In this document: positions 40,957-50,472 of the stretch, piece by piece
How positions within the stretch are numbered: position 1 is the first letter of the stretch
Layout: the number at the start of each line of letters is the position of its first letter
Origin: an uncultured Alphaproteobacteria bacterium
GTDB lineage: Bacteria > Pseudomonadota > Alphaproteobacteria > Rhizobiales > Xanthobacteraceae
Assembly: GCA_963807125.1 (NCBI GenBank)
Contig: CAWEAH010000006.1
Coordinates: forward strand, 498,921-562,920
Length of the DNA stretch: 64,000 nucleotides
Direction: 5' to 3'
The notes under the pieces: model-generated
The model's database searches: none
Told to the model about the DNA's origin: nothing
What the model saw: the letters and a program-made list of their open reading frames with translations, nothing else
Made by a program: the position numbers and the translations under genes

Positions 40957-41400
40957 ATGGCTTCTGATCTTTATCGCCTCGTCTATCACAGCCGGAATCT
41001 CATCTCGGGTAATCCGATCCAGATCGCGGCGGAGATCGCCAAAATATTGGAGGCGTCGCGGCGCAATAATTCCCGCGTCGCCGTCACCGGCGCACTCATT
41101 TTCAACGCCGGCATGTTCGCTCAAGTGCTGGAGGGCGCTCGCAAGGACATCGAGGCGACGTTCGAGCGAATTCAACGCGACGAGCGTCATGCCGACGTCG
41201 AAGTGCTCGCCTTCGAGGAAGGGCAGAGCCGCGGCTTTCCGTCCTGGTCGATGGCCTTTGTCGGCCGTTCGCGGGAGAATGAAAAACTGTTCGCTCACAT
41301 CGGCAGTGACAGTGGCTTCGAGGCGAAGCGCTTGGAAGGCGAACACATCTTCCGCGTCATGCACGATCTCGCCATCGACGAAGAAACGCGCGCCGCCTGA
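40957..41400 (+). CDS. BLUF-domain blue-light FAD photoreceptor (stand-alone, 147 aa)
   Basis: LYRLVYHSRN...ILEASRRNNSRVAVTGALIFNAGMFAQVLEG...DERHADVEVL...FPSWSMAF. Confidence 0.85.
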   Translation: MASDLYRLVYHSRNLISGNPIQIAAEIAKILEASRRNNSRVAVTGALIFNAGMFAQVLEGARKDIEATFERIQRDERHADVEVLAFEEGQSRGFPSWSMAFVGRSRENEKLFAHIGSDSGFEAKRLEGEHIFRVMHDLAIDEETRAA

Positions 41401-41603
41401 GGCGCCAGTTATGGGCAGCTACCGGCAAGGGGCCGGTGCTTGCGCCGGTCGATGGCCCAAACCGGACCGCGAAAATGCGCGCCGTCCAAAATGCATGCCG
41501 CGCCTGTGCAATGATCCGTTCACTATCGCGAGCCGCTTGCCAATTTTCGCCACAATCTGACCACGCTCAAATTCGATAAATTTCCCATCGGGACGCGGGG
41601 ACG

Positions 41604-42401
41604 ATGCGGGGTCGGGTTAGCGCGACAGTGCGGCGGCTTGCGCGTTTTGGCGCCTGTGCCGTGCTATGCCTCGTCGTCGCAAATTGCGCCAATAAGGGCA
41701 ATGTCGATGCGCGTTACGGGGTCTCCCCCAGCGCGCGCTTGGTCGACCCCGGCGAGCCGGTTCCCAAAGGCGGCGGCGTTTATCGGGTCGGCTCGCCCTA
41801 TGTGGTGGCCGGACGCGTCTATGTCCCGCAGGACGACCCCAATTATAACGCCGTGGGCTTGGCGTCGTGGTACGGCGACGATTTTCAAGGCCGCGCCACC
41901 GCCAACGGCGAGATTTTCGACGGCAACGCCATTACCGCCGCGCACCCGACCTTGCCTTTGCCCAGCTATGTCCGGGTGACCAATCTCAACAACGGCCGCT
42001 CGCTCATCGTACGCGTCAACGATCGCGGTCCCTATGCGCATAATCGCATTATCGATGTGTCGCGGGGGGCGGCGCATTTGCTTGGCTTCACCAATCGCGG
42101 CATCGCCTGGGTGCGCGTGCAATATGTCGGCCGCGCCCCGATCGAGGGTTCGGACGATCGGGTTCTTGCCTCGACGCTGCGCGAGAACGAACCGGCGCCT
42201 GTGCCCGGGGATATGCGGATGGCCGCAACGCAGCTCCTGCCGCACTTCCCGGCCCAGCCGCCGCCGGTCCGCCACGAAGAGCTTGCCTCATTAAGCGACG
42301 CCCTGGACGACCCCGGTCCGGCGCGGCCGATGTCTTACGCAAGCGCGTCTGACGGCGGGGACGGCACCGATCAATTCCTCAATGGACGCGGGCTTTACTA
42401 G
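41604..42401 (+). CDS. rlpA: Septal ring lytic transglycosylase RlpA-family lipoprotein
   Basis: Lipobox VVANC. Double-psi beta-barrel motif GLASWYGDDFQGRATANGEIFD...AAHPTLPLPSYVRVTNLNNGRSLIVRVNDRGPY. Confidence 0.8.
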   Translation: MRGRVSATVRRLARFGACAVLCLVVANCANKGNVDARYGVSPSARLVDPGEPVPKGGGVYRVGSPYVVAGRVYVPQDDPNYNAVGLASWYGDDFQGRATANGEIFDGNAITAAHPTLPLPSYVRVTNLNNGRSLIVRVNDRGPYAHNRIIDVSRGAAHLLGFTNRGIAWVRVQYVGRAPIEGSDDRVLASTLRENEPAPVPGDMRMAATQLLPHFPAQPPPVRHEELASLSDALDDPGPARPMSYASASDGGDGTDQFLNGRGLY

Positions 42402-42537
42402 CGTTACTTCAACTTTCCTTTGAGCATTGGCCGCGGCATTTACACTGCGTCTTAACGCAGGCTTGCGCGCGCGTTATTTGGCGGGAATAGAGTGGCCGGA
42501 TCGAGGAGCGGAGGCTGGTTTGCGCAGGTGCGATCGG

Positions 42538-43756
42538 ATGGGACGGCCGGGGAGGGGCTTGCTGGCGGTTGCGGCGTTCCTGGCGCTTCTCGGCCTTGGT
42601 CTCGCCTCGGCGCCGTTGGCGAGCGCCGCGCCGGTGGCGGCGAAGTCCGAAGGCGGCTTTCAGACCAGTGCCCAGACCGCGATTCTGCTCGATTTCGACA
42701 GCGACAGCATTCTGTACGAGAAAAACTCCGATCAGCCCGTCGAACCGGCGAGCCTCGCCAAGCTGATGACGCTTGAATATCTGTTCAACGAGATCAAGCA
42801 AGGCCGCGTCAAGCTCACCGATACGTTCACAGTGAGCGAAAATGCCTGGCGCAAGGGTGGCGCGCCGTCCCACGGCTCGACCATGTTCGCCGCCATTCAC
42901 AGCAAGGTCGACGTGTCGGACCTGATCCAGGGCATCATCGTCAATTCCGCCAACGACGCCTGCATTACCGTTGCCGAGGCGCTCGGCGGCAATGAGACCG
43001 CCTTCGGGCAGATGCTGACCAAGCGGGCGCGCGAAATCGGCCTGCAGAATTCCACCTTCTCCAATGCCACCGGACTGTCCGATCCGGGCACGCGCGTCAC
43101 CGCGCGCGACATGGCGGAGCTCGCCCGCCATATCATTCTCACTTATCCCGACCTCTATCCGATGTTCGCGCAGCGCGATTTCACCTGGGACAACATCCAT
43201 CAGGAAAATCGAAATCCGCTGCTCGGCATGGGTATCGGCGCCGACGGCCTGAAGACCGGCGAAACCAAGGAGGCGGGTTTCAGTCTGGTCGGCTCCGCCG
43301 TTTCGGACAATGTGCGTCTGATCGTGGTGGTCACCGGGGCGAAGACCGACAAAGATCGCGCCGACGAGGCGAACAAATTGCTGGATTATGGATTTCACGA
43401 TTTCACATCCCGGGTGCTGTTCGCGGAGGGGCAGACCATCGGGCGACGCAAAGGTCTTCGGCGGCGACTCGAGCTACGTTCCGCTGCTCGGCCCCGGCCT
43501 GATCAAGGTGATGGTGCCGCGCGACAACAGCGAGCCGCTCCGTGCCCGCATCGTCTATGACGGCCCGATACCGGCGCCGATCGTCAAGGGTCAGCCGGTC
43601 GCGACGCTGAAAGTGTGGCGAGGCGATAATCTGGCGCTCGAAGCGCCGCTGCAGGCGGCCGAAGATATCGGCAAGGGCAGCATGACGCAAAGGGCCATGG
43701 ACGGCGCGTCCGAGCTCATCATCGGGCTGTTGCGTGCCGGCGTTGCCAAACTGTAG
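42538..43756 (+). pseudogene. D-alanyl-D-alanine carboxypeptidase (PBP5/6 class), one frameshift near 43443
   Basis: Motifs SLAKLMT (SxxK), VNSAND (SxN) and LKTGET (KTG). The C-terminal domain ...VFGGDSSYVPLLGPG...KGQPVATLKVW is in the next frame. Confidence 0.8.
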
Positions 43757-43919
43757 GGGCGCGTGCGCCGCTTGGGAAAGGCTCCTATATTGCAGTCAGG
43801 GGGCCGGAGCCGTCTTCAACCGCGGTGTATATGAATCAACATAAATATCTGTATTAGCTATATTTTATTGCGTCCATCCCGGCTTAGATGACAGGCTGAC
43901 GACGCGGCAAGGGCTTCTG

Positions 43920-44603
43920 ATGCGAGGAAAGTTCATCACTTTCGAGGGCGGCGAGGGCACCGGAAAATCGACCCAAGCCGCCATGCTGGCGCTGCGGCTC
44001 GAAGCCTTGGCGCTTCGCGTTCATCTGACCCGCGAGCCCGGCGGCTCGCCGGGCGCCGAGATCATCCGCCATGTGCTTTTGTCAGGCGCCGCCAAGCCGT
44101 TCGGCCCCGATGTCGAGGCGATGCTATTCGCGGCCGCTCGCGACGATCACGTGCGATCTACGATCTTGCCGGCGCTCGATGCCGGCAAATGGGTGATTTG
44201 CGATCGGTTCGCCAATTCCACCCGCGTCTATCAGGGCATTCTCGGCAAGGTCGATGAACGGCTTCTGAAAAGTCTCGAGCGGGTGTCGGTGGGCGATCTC
44301 GTGCCCGACCTCACGTTCATCCTGGACGTGCCGGTCGAGGTTGGGCTCGAACGGGCCAAACTGCGCCGCGGCGAGGCTACGGCCGACCGCTTCGAGGCCG
44401 AGAATGTCGAGTTTCATCAAAAGTTGCGCGACGCCTATCTGGCGATCGCCGCCGAACAGCCGGAGCGCTGCGTCGTCATCGACGCCAGTGCGCCAAAGGA
44501 GATCGTGGCGCGCAAAATCTGGAGCGTGGTCGGCGCCAGGCTCGATCCGTTGACCTTTCCGGTCAACATTCCGGCCCGGCGGAGCGAAGTGGGCGCCTCA
44601 TGA
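43920..44603 (+). CDS. tmk: dTMP kinase
   Basis: MRGKFITFEGGEGTGKSTQ...TREPGGSPGAE. Confidence 0.9.
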   Translation: MRGKFITFEGGEGTGKSTQAAMLALRLEALALRVHLTREPGGSPGAEIIRHVLLSGAAKPFGPDVEAMLFAAARDDHVRSTILPALDAGKWVICDRFANSTRVYQGILGKVDERLLKSLERVSVGDLVPDLTFILDVPVEVGLERAKLRRGEATADRFEAENVEFHQKLRDAYLAIAAEQPERCVVIDASAPKEIVARKIWSVVGARLDPLTFPVNIPARRSEVGAS

Positions 44604-45642
44604 GCCCGCGCGCCAACGACGAGGACGGTGCCGGCGAAGTCCCGCATCCGCGCCTTACGCCGGCGCTGCTCGGCCATGGCCTGGCGGAGACGGCGCTGTT
44701 GTCGGCTTATCGTTCCGGCCGCGTGCCGCATGCGTTCCTGCTGGCGGGCCCCCAGGGCATCGGCAAAGCCACCTTGGCTTACCGCATGGCGCGCTTTGCG
44801 CTTGCGCATCCCGATCCGGCCGCGCCCGAGGTGCAACAGGCGACATCGCTTTTCGTCGATCCGAACCATCCGGTGGCACGGCGGATCGCCGCCCAGGCGC
44901 AGCCCGATCTCCTTGTCATCGAGCGCACCGTCAACGAGAAGGGCGTCTTGCACAAGCAGATCGCGGTTGAAGATATCCGCAAGACGGTCGGCTTCTTCGG
45001 CTCGACGGCGGGCGAGGGCGGCTGGCGCATCGCCATCGTCGATGCGGTCGACGAACTGAACCGCTCCGGCGCCAACGCGCTGTTGAAGATTCTGGAAGAA
45101 CCGCCGCAGCGCGCGCTTTGCTGTTGGTCAGCCATTCCGCCGCGCGGGTGCCGGCGACGCTGCGTTCGCGTTGCCGCATCGTCACGCTGCGGCCGCTGGC
45201 CGAGGCCGACGTCGCGGCGGCGGCCGCCGCGGCGATGCAATCGACGGCCGACGACCCCGACATCGCCGCGGCTGCGGCTGCAGCCGACGGCTCCGTCGCG
45301 CGTGCCTTGGCTTTGCTCGACGAGGGTGCGCTCGATTTGCGCCGCCAGGCGCTCGATCTCCTCGACAGGCTGCCGGCGACGGACGCCAAAGCGCTGCATG
45401 CGCTCGGCGAGGCGCTGGCGGGGACCGACGCGGCGCCGCTCGCCGCCTTCGTCGATACCATCAATGCCTGGTTGTCGCAGCGCCTGGCGCGGGAGCAGAA
45501 CGCCTTGGGGCGGATGGCCCGCCTCGCCGAGGCCAGCGAAAGCATCAATCGCGCCGCCCGTGACGCCGAGACCTACAATCTCGAGCGAAAGCCGCTGGTG
45601 TTCGGCGTTTTCGGCTTGCTTGCCGAGGCGACGCGCGGTTGA
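44600..45642 (+). pseudogene. holB: DNA polymerase III delta-prime subunit (one frameshift at the T-run at about 45117-45119, probably an assembly indel)
   Basis: HAFLLAGPQGIGKATLAYRMARF...NALLKILEEPPQRAL, then LLVSHSAARVPATLRSRCRIV in the next frame. The ATG overlaps the tmk stop. Confidence 0.8.
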
Positions 45643-45657
45643 TACCAAGCCCGTCCA

Positions 45658-47880
45658 ATGCCCGGCAAACCCTATTACATCACCACCGCGATCGCGTATC
45701 CGAACGGGCCGCCGCATATCGGCCACGCCTACGAGGCGATCGCCACCGACGCCATCGCGCGCTTTCAAAGGCTCGACGGCCGCGACGTGTTCTTTCTCAC
45801 CGGCACCGACGAGCACGGCATCAAAATGTTGCAGACGGCGAACAAGGAAAAACTGACGCCGCGGCAGCTTGTCGAGCGCAACGTGCCGCGCTTCCAGGCC
45901 ATGGTGAAAAAGTTCGAATGCTCGAACGACGATTTCATTCGCACCACCGAGCCGCGCCATCACCGCTCTTCCGAAGAGATCTGGCGGCGCATGGCGGCGG
46001 CCGGCGACATCTATCTCGACAAATATTCCGGCTGGTATTCGGTGCGCGACGAGGCCTATTACGACGAAAGCGAGACCCGCCTCGACGACAAGGGCCAGCG
46101 TCTCGGTCCGCACGGCACGCCGGTCGAATGGGTCGAGGAGGAAAGCTACTTTTTCCGGCTGTCGAAATATGCCGAGCCGCTGCTCAAGCTTTACGCCGAA
46201 GTTCCCGATTTTGTGCTGCCGAAGGAGCGCATGAACGAGGTCGCAAGCTTCGTGCGCGGCGGCTTGCAGGACCTGTCGCTGTCGCGCACGACGTTCGACT
46301 GGGGCATCAAGGTCCCGGACAATGCCAAGCACATCATGTATGTGTGGGTCGACGCGCTGACCAATTACATCACCGCGGTCGGCTTTCCGGACACCGAAAG
46401 CGAAAAATTCAAGAAATACTGGCCGGCCGACCTGCATGTGATCGGCAAGGATATCGTGCGATTTCATGCCGTGTATTGGCCGGCTTTCCTGATGTCGGCC
46501 GGGATCGCGGTGCCGCGGCGGATTTTCTCGCACGGCTTTCTGTTCAACCGCGGCGAGAAAATGTCGAAGTCGGTCGGCAATGTGATCGATCCGTTCGCGC
46601 TGGCCGACGCCTATGGCGTCGATCCATTGCGTTATTTTCTGCTGCGCGAAGTGCCGTTCGGCCAGGACGGCAATTACAGCCACGAAGCCATCGTCAACCG
46701 CATCAATGCCGATCTCGCAAACGATCTCGGCAATCTGGCGCAGCGCTCGCTGTCGATGGTGGCCCGCGGTTTGGGCGGCGTGCTGCCGAAGCCGGCGGTT
46801 TTTTCGACGAGCGACCAGGCGATGTTAGGCGCCGCCGATGCGCTCATCGGCAAGGCGCGCGACGCCATGGCGACCCAGCAGCTCCACCAGGTGCTCAACG
46901 CCGCATGGGCGGTGGTGGCCGAAGCCAATCGCTATTTTGCCGGCGAGGCACCGTGGGCGCTCGCCAAAACCGATCCGCCACGTCAGGGCACGGTGCTCTA
47001 CGTGACCGCGGAAGTTTTGCGCCAGGTCGCGATCCTGGCGCAGCCGTTCATGCCGGGTTCGGCGGCAAAGCTGCTCGATCTGTTGGCGGTCCCGCACGAG
47101 GAGCGCAGTTTTGCCTCCCTCGGCGGCGGCTATCGCATTGCAGCCGGGGTAAAATTGCCGGCACCGGCACCGGTCTTTCCGCGCTATATCGAGCCGGAAG
47201 CTGGAACACCCGACGTTTCATCATCCAAAAAGGCGCCGTCGGTAAAGGTATCCGCTAAAGAGGTCGAAGAGTTCTCCGGTCACTGCGTTTATCTCCGATC
47301 TGTCTATTCTTTCATGACGCGCATATGGAGAGACAGCGATCAGGCAGAGCGCAAAATAATGGAAGCCATCGCTCCTTTATTCTTTGAAGACATTGGAAAA
47401 GTGCTGGGGGAATTCCTCGTGAACGCTGCTTGCAGGATTACCGAGCCCGCAAGTGACCAACGTGGGAATCAAAATTTCACGGTGGAATTATTCGTGAACA
47501 GCTTTTCGTCGGAGCCGGAGACATTCAAAGAACTGGATTTGCTTCGGCAACGCATGATGAAACTGCGTAACAAAATCCTGGCAGCGAGGAACAAGCTGGG
47601 CGCCCACTCAGACCGCGCCGTTATTCTCAAAGGGGAGCCCCTTGGCGCGGCCAGCTGGAATGAGTGGGGCGAGTTCTGGTCTGCACTTCAGGATTTTGTG
47701 CGGGTAGTGAATGAGAAAGTAATCGGGACACCCTTCGAAATAGATGCCGCTGGCGTCTTAGGAGATGCGGAGACACTGTTGAAGGCACTCAGGGAAAGTC
47801 AACATTTTCGGACGTTGCTTAAGAGTGACGATCCGGGAGTCAAGAATGCGTGTGTTAGGCTGACGCTACCTAAAAGCTGA
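45658..47880 (+). CDS. metG: Methionyl-tRNA synthetase (short form, about 515 aa) that continues in frame into a C-terminal extension of about 220 aa
   Basis: [13 protein letters not shown] and an anticodon-binding helical domain ending ...[12 protein letters not shown] (about nt 47205). There is no stop codon until 47878-47880. Confidence 0.85.
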   Translation: MPGKPYYITTAIAYPNGPPHIGHAYEAIATDAIARFQRLDGRDVFFLTGTDEHGIKMLQTANKEKLTPRQLVERNVPRFQAMVKKFECSNDDFIRTTEPRHHRSSEEIWRRMAAAGDIYLDKYSGWYSVRDEAYYDESETRLDDKGQRLGPHGTPVEWVEEESYFFRLSKYAEPLLKLYAEVPDFVLPKERMNEVASFVRGGLQDLSLSRTTFDWGIKVPDNAKHIMYVWVDALTNYITAVGFPDTESEKFKKYWPADLHVIGKDIVRFHAVYWPAFLMSAGIAVPRRIFSHGFLFNRGEKMSKSVGNVIDPFALADAYGVDPLRYFLLREVPFGQDGNYSHEAIVNRINADLANDLGNLAQRSLSMVARGLGGVLPKPAVFSTSDQAMLGAADALIGKARDAMATQQLHQVLNAAWAVVAEANRYFAGEAPWALAKTDPPRQGTVLYVTAEVLRQVAILAQPFMPGSAAKLLDLLAVPHEERSFASLGGGYRIAAGVKLPAPAPVFPRYIEPEAGTPDVSSSKKAPSVKVSAKEVEEFSGHCVYLRSVYSFMTRIWRDSDQAERKIMEAIAPLFFEDIGKVLGEFLVNAACRITEPASDQRGNQNFTVELFVNSFSSEPETFKELDLLRQRMMKLRNKILAARNKLGAHSDRAVILKGEPLGAASWNEWGEFWSALQDFVRVVNEKVIGTPFEIDAAGVLGDAETLLKALRESQHFRTLLKSDDPGVKNACVRLTLPKS
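47240..47880 (+). other. Low-GC insert encoding a HEPN-superfamily (R-x5-H) Abi-like module, in frame with metG as sequenced
   Basis: Motif [17 protein letters not shown]. Upstream helices [23 protein letters not shown] and [27 protein letters not shown]+C visibly drops. The first in-frame ATG is at 47314. Confidence 0.45.
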
Positions 47881-47916
47881 GTGCCTCTCCTTCGCTTACA
47901 AGGACGTCACATAAGA

Positions 47917-48747
47917 ATGCTCATCGACAGCCATTGCCATCTCGATTTCCCGGACTTTGCCTCCGAGCTCGACGCGGTGGTCGGGCGCGCCCGCGACGCC
48001 GGCATCGAACGCATGGTGACGATCTCGACGCGCGTTGCGCGCCAGGGCGATCTGCTGGCGATCGCCGGGCGTTTCCCCGACGTCTATTGCTCGGTCGGCA
48101 CGCACCCGCATTACGCCCACGAAGAGCCGGACGTGACCGCGGCCGATCTCGTCGCGCACGCGCGTTCGCCAAAGGTGGTCGCGATCGGCGAAGCGGGGCT
48201 CGACTACCATTACGACAATTCGCCGCGCGCGGCGCAGGAGCGGGGTTTTAGGACCCACATCGCGGCGGCGCGGGAAACCGGTCTGCCGCTCGTCATTCAT
48301 TCGCGCGAAGCCGACGACGACACCGCGCGCATTCTCGAAGAAGAGACCGGGAAGGGCGCCTTCCCGGCGGTGCTGCATTGTTTTACCGGCGGGCGGGAGC
48401 TCGCCCGGCGCGCGGTCGCGCTCGGCCATTTTGTCTCGTTCACGGGCATTCTTACTTTCAAGAATTCAGCCGGTCTGCGGAAAATCGCCGCCGAACTGCC
48501 GGCCGACCGCATTCTGGTCGAGACCGATGCGCCGTATCTGGCGCCGGGCAAATTTCGCGGTAAGCGCAACGAGCCGGCTTACGTGATCGAAACCGCCAAA
48601 GTCCTGGCCGAGGCGCGCGGCGTTTCCTTCGACGACATCGCCCGACAGACCACCGCCAACTTCTTTCGGCTGTTTCGCAAGGTGCCGCGATCTGCCGGCG
48701 CAGACAAATCTATGCAGTCTGCCCAATCAAAGTCCTCCGCGGCTTGA
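47917..48747 (+). CDS. tatD: TatD-family metal-dependent hydrolase/DNase
   Basis: MLIDSHCHLDF...AIGEAGLDYHY...VIHSREA...LHCFTG...VETDAPYL. Confidence 0.85.
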   Translation: MLIDSHCHLDFPDFASELDAVVGRARDAGIERMVTISTRVARQGDLLAIAGRFPDVYCSVGTHPHYAHEEPDVTAADLVAHARSPKVVAIGEAGLDYHYDNSPRAAQERGFRTHIAAARETGLPLVIHSREADDDTARILEEETGKGAFPAVLHCFTGGRELARRAVALGHFVSFTGILTFKNSAGLRKIAAELPADRILVETDAPYLAPGKFRGKRNEPAYVIETAKVLAEARGVSFDDIARQTTANFFRLFRKVPRSAGADKSMQSAQSKSSAA

Positions 48748-48760
48748 CCGGCATGAGACG

Positions 48761-49567
48761 ATGAGCCTCAAATTCACCATTCTCGGCTGCGGCTCTTCCG
48801 GCGGCGTGCCGCGCCCGGCGCTCGGCTGGGGCGATTGCGATCCGGCCAATCCCAAAAACCGCCGCCGGCGCACCTCGTTGTTGGTGGAACGGCGCGACAG
48901 CGAGCGCGTCACCCGCGTTCTGGTCGACACCTCGCCGGATTTGCGCGAACAGATGCTCGACGCCGAGGTCGATTGGCTCGACGCCGTGCTCTACACCCAC
49001 GAGCACGCCGATCACACCCATGGCATCGACGATCTGCGGGCGTTTTTTCTCAAGCGCCACCGCCGGATCGATGTTTATCTCGACGAGCTGACTTCGGCTT
49101 CGGTGCGGGCGAAATTCGGCTACTGCTTCGCCTCGCCGCCCGGCAGCGATTATCCGCCGATCGTGACCGAGCACCGGTTGATCGCCGGCGCCGCGGTGAC
49201 TGTCCAAGGGGAGGGTGGCTCGATTGCGGCTTTGCCCTTTCTCCAGGAGCACGGCGATATCCCCTCGCTGGGTTTTCGCTTCGGTAACGTCGCCTACTCG
49301 GCCGATGTGAGCGGCCTGCCGGCCGAGAGTATCGCCGCCCTGGGCGGCCTCGATGTGTGGATTGTCGATGCGCTGCGCTACCGGCCGCATCCAAGCCATT
49401 TCTCGCTCGACGACGCATTGTCCTGGATCGAGCGGCTGAAACCCCGCCGGGCCATCCTGACGAACCTTCACGCCGACCTCGATTACGAGGTCTTGCGCGG
49501 CAAGCTGCCGGTGCATGTGGTGCCGGCCTTCGACGGAATGACGTTTGCCGTTTCGGAAAGCCCGTAA
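48761..49567 (+). CDS. MBL-fold metallo-hydrolase (PhnP/GPMBL-like)
   Basis: FTILGCGSSGGVPR...LYTHEHADHTHGIDDLR. Confidence 0.8.
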   Translation: MSLKFTILGCGSSGGVPRPALGWGDCDPANPKNRRRRTSLLVERRDSERVTRVLVDTSPDLREQMLDAEVDWLDAVLYTHEHADHTHGIDDLRAFFLKRHRRIDVYLDELTSASVRAKFGYCFASPPGSDYPPIVTEHRLIAGAAVTVQGEGGSIAALPFLQEHGDIPSLGFRFGNVAYSADVSGLPAESIAALGGLDVWIVDALRYRPHPSHFSLDDALSWIERLKPRRAILTNLHADLDYEVLRGKLPVHVVPAFDGMTFAVSESP

Positions 49568-49662
49568 TTCCTAGCTTAGCAGTTTATATTCCATAATATG
49601 TCTTATGCGAATCATGGATTGAGGCGCGACATTTAAAGTTTGATCTAACTTATTCGTCCCCC

Positions 49663-50343
49663 TCACCAAATTCCCGGACAAAGCCGCCAGCGGACGCGCG
49701 CGGCATAGGCGCGATAGCCGGGAAGCTCGGCTTGCAAAATGCGATCCTCGGTGATCGCGCGATAGAGCAGAAACGGCAGGCTCATGGCGACCAGGAACGC
49801 GGTCGCCAGCCAGGAGCCGAGCGCGATGCCGCTTGCCGCGATAATCAGGATTCCGGCCAAATAACCCGGATGCCGGATTACGGCGTACGGACCGGTCGTA
49901 ATCACGAACTGGCCGCGGTCGGTCTGGATGCGCACGACCGACGAGAAAAACCGGTTCTCGCGCATCGCCCACAGGCACAAGGCATAAGCCGCGGCGATGG
50001 TGACCAGCCCCAGCGCCTGCAGCCATGGCGGAACGGTATCGCTCCAGTGGAAGCGGCCGCGATCGAGCCCGGCGAGGACCCAATGGATAAACAGCACGCC
50101 GGAGAAGACCTGCAAGCCGACGGGAGGCTTTCTTCCGCCGGGCCGCATTCGCTCGCGGACCAAATCGGGATCGATCAAGAGAAATGAGGCGATGAAGACG
50201 GCCGCAAAGATCGCCAAATAGATCCAGAAACCCGGCATGGCGAAGGTCCCGGCCGACATGAACAGCGCCAACGCGGCCAGCACGAAAAAGCCAATAGCTT
50301 GAAGATACGCCGAAATCGGCATCGCAGGCCTCATTGACGACAT
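49663..50343 (-). CDS. Isoprenylcysteine carboxyl methyltransferase (ICMT/PEMT)-family membrane methyltransferase
   Basis: Multi-TM protein with VITTGPYAVIRHPGYLAGILII...EDRILQAELPGYRAY. The start is chosen at an internal ATG (50343) of ORF 49663..50403. Confidence 0.65.
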   Translation of the reverse strand: MSSMRPAMPISAYLQAIGFFVLAALALFMSAGTFAMPGFWIYLAIFAAVFIASFLLIDPDLVRERMRPGGRKPPVGLQVFSGVLFIHWVLAGLDRGRFHWSDTVPPWLQALGLVTIAAAYALCLWAMRENRFFSSVVRIQTDRGQFVITTGPYAVIRHPGYLAGILIIAASGIALGSWLATAFLVAMSLPFLLYRAITEDRILQAELPGYRAYAARVRWRLCPGIW

Positions 50344-50344
50344 T

Positions 50345-50370
50345 GGAACCAAAATCGTGGCGAAGGCGTT
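50345..50370 (+). promoter_or_regulatory. EcfG-type promoter motif GGAAC-N17-CGTT upstream of dps
   Basis: GGAAC at 50345-49 and CGTT at 50367-70, 103 nt upstream of the dps GTG. Confidence 0.55.
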
Positions 50371-50389
50371 CTTCGGCAAGCCCGCCCCA

Positions 50390-50423
50390 TGGCTCTTCGG
50401 CAAATCTGGCTCTTCGGCAAATC
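50390..50423 (+). repeat. Perfect tandem duplication, 2 x 17 bp (TGGCTCTTCGGCAAATC), in the dps leader
   Basis: Read directly. A third degenerate copy (GCGTTCTTCGGCAAGCC) lies at about 50366-50382. Confidence 0.9.
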
Positions 50424-50472
50424 GAGCCGGGCGGCCAACCCGTTTCCCCCATCCATTCCGCGAGGTGATGCC

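Noticed and set aside
45639-47258. 539-aa ORF overlapping metG in an alternative + frame
   Set aside because: Its translation is Arg/Ala/Gly-rich nonsense, while the metG frame carries all class I synthetase motifs. Its only relevance is that its stop (47256) is one of the alternative-frame stops near the expected end of metG.
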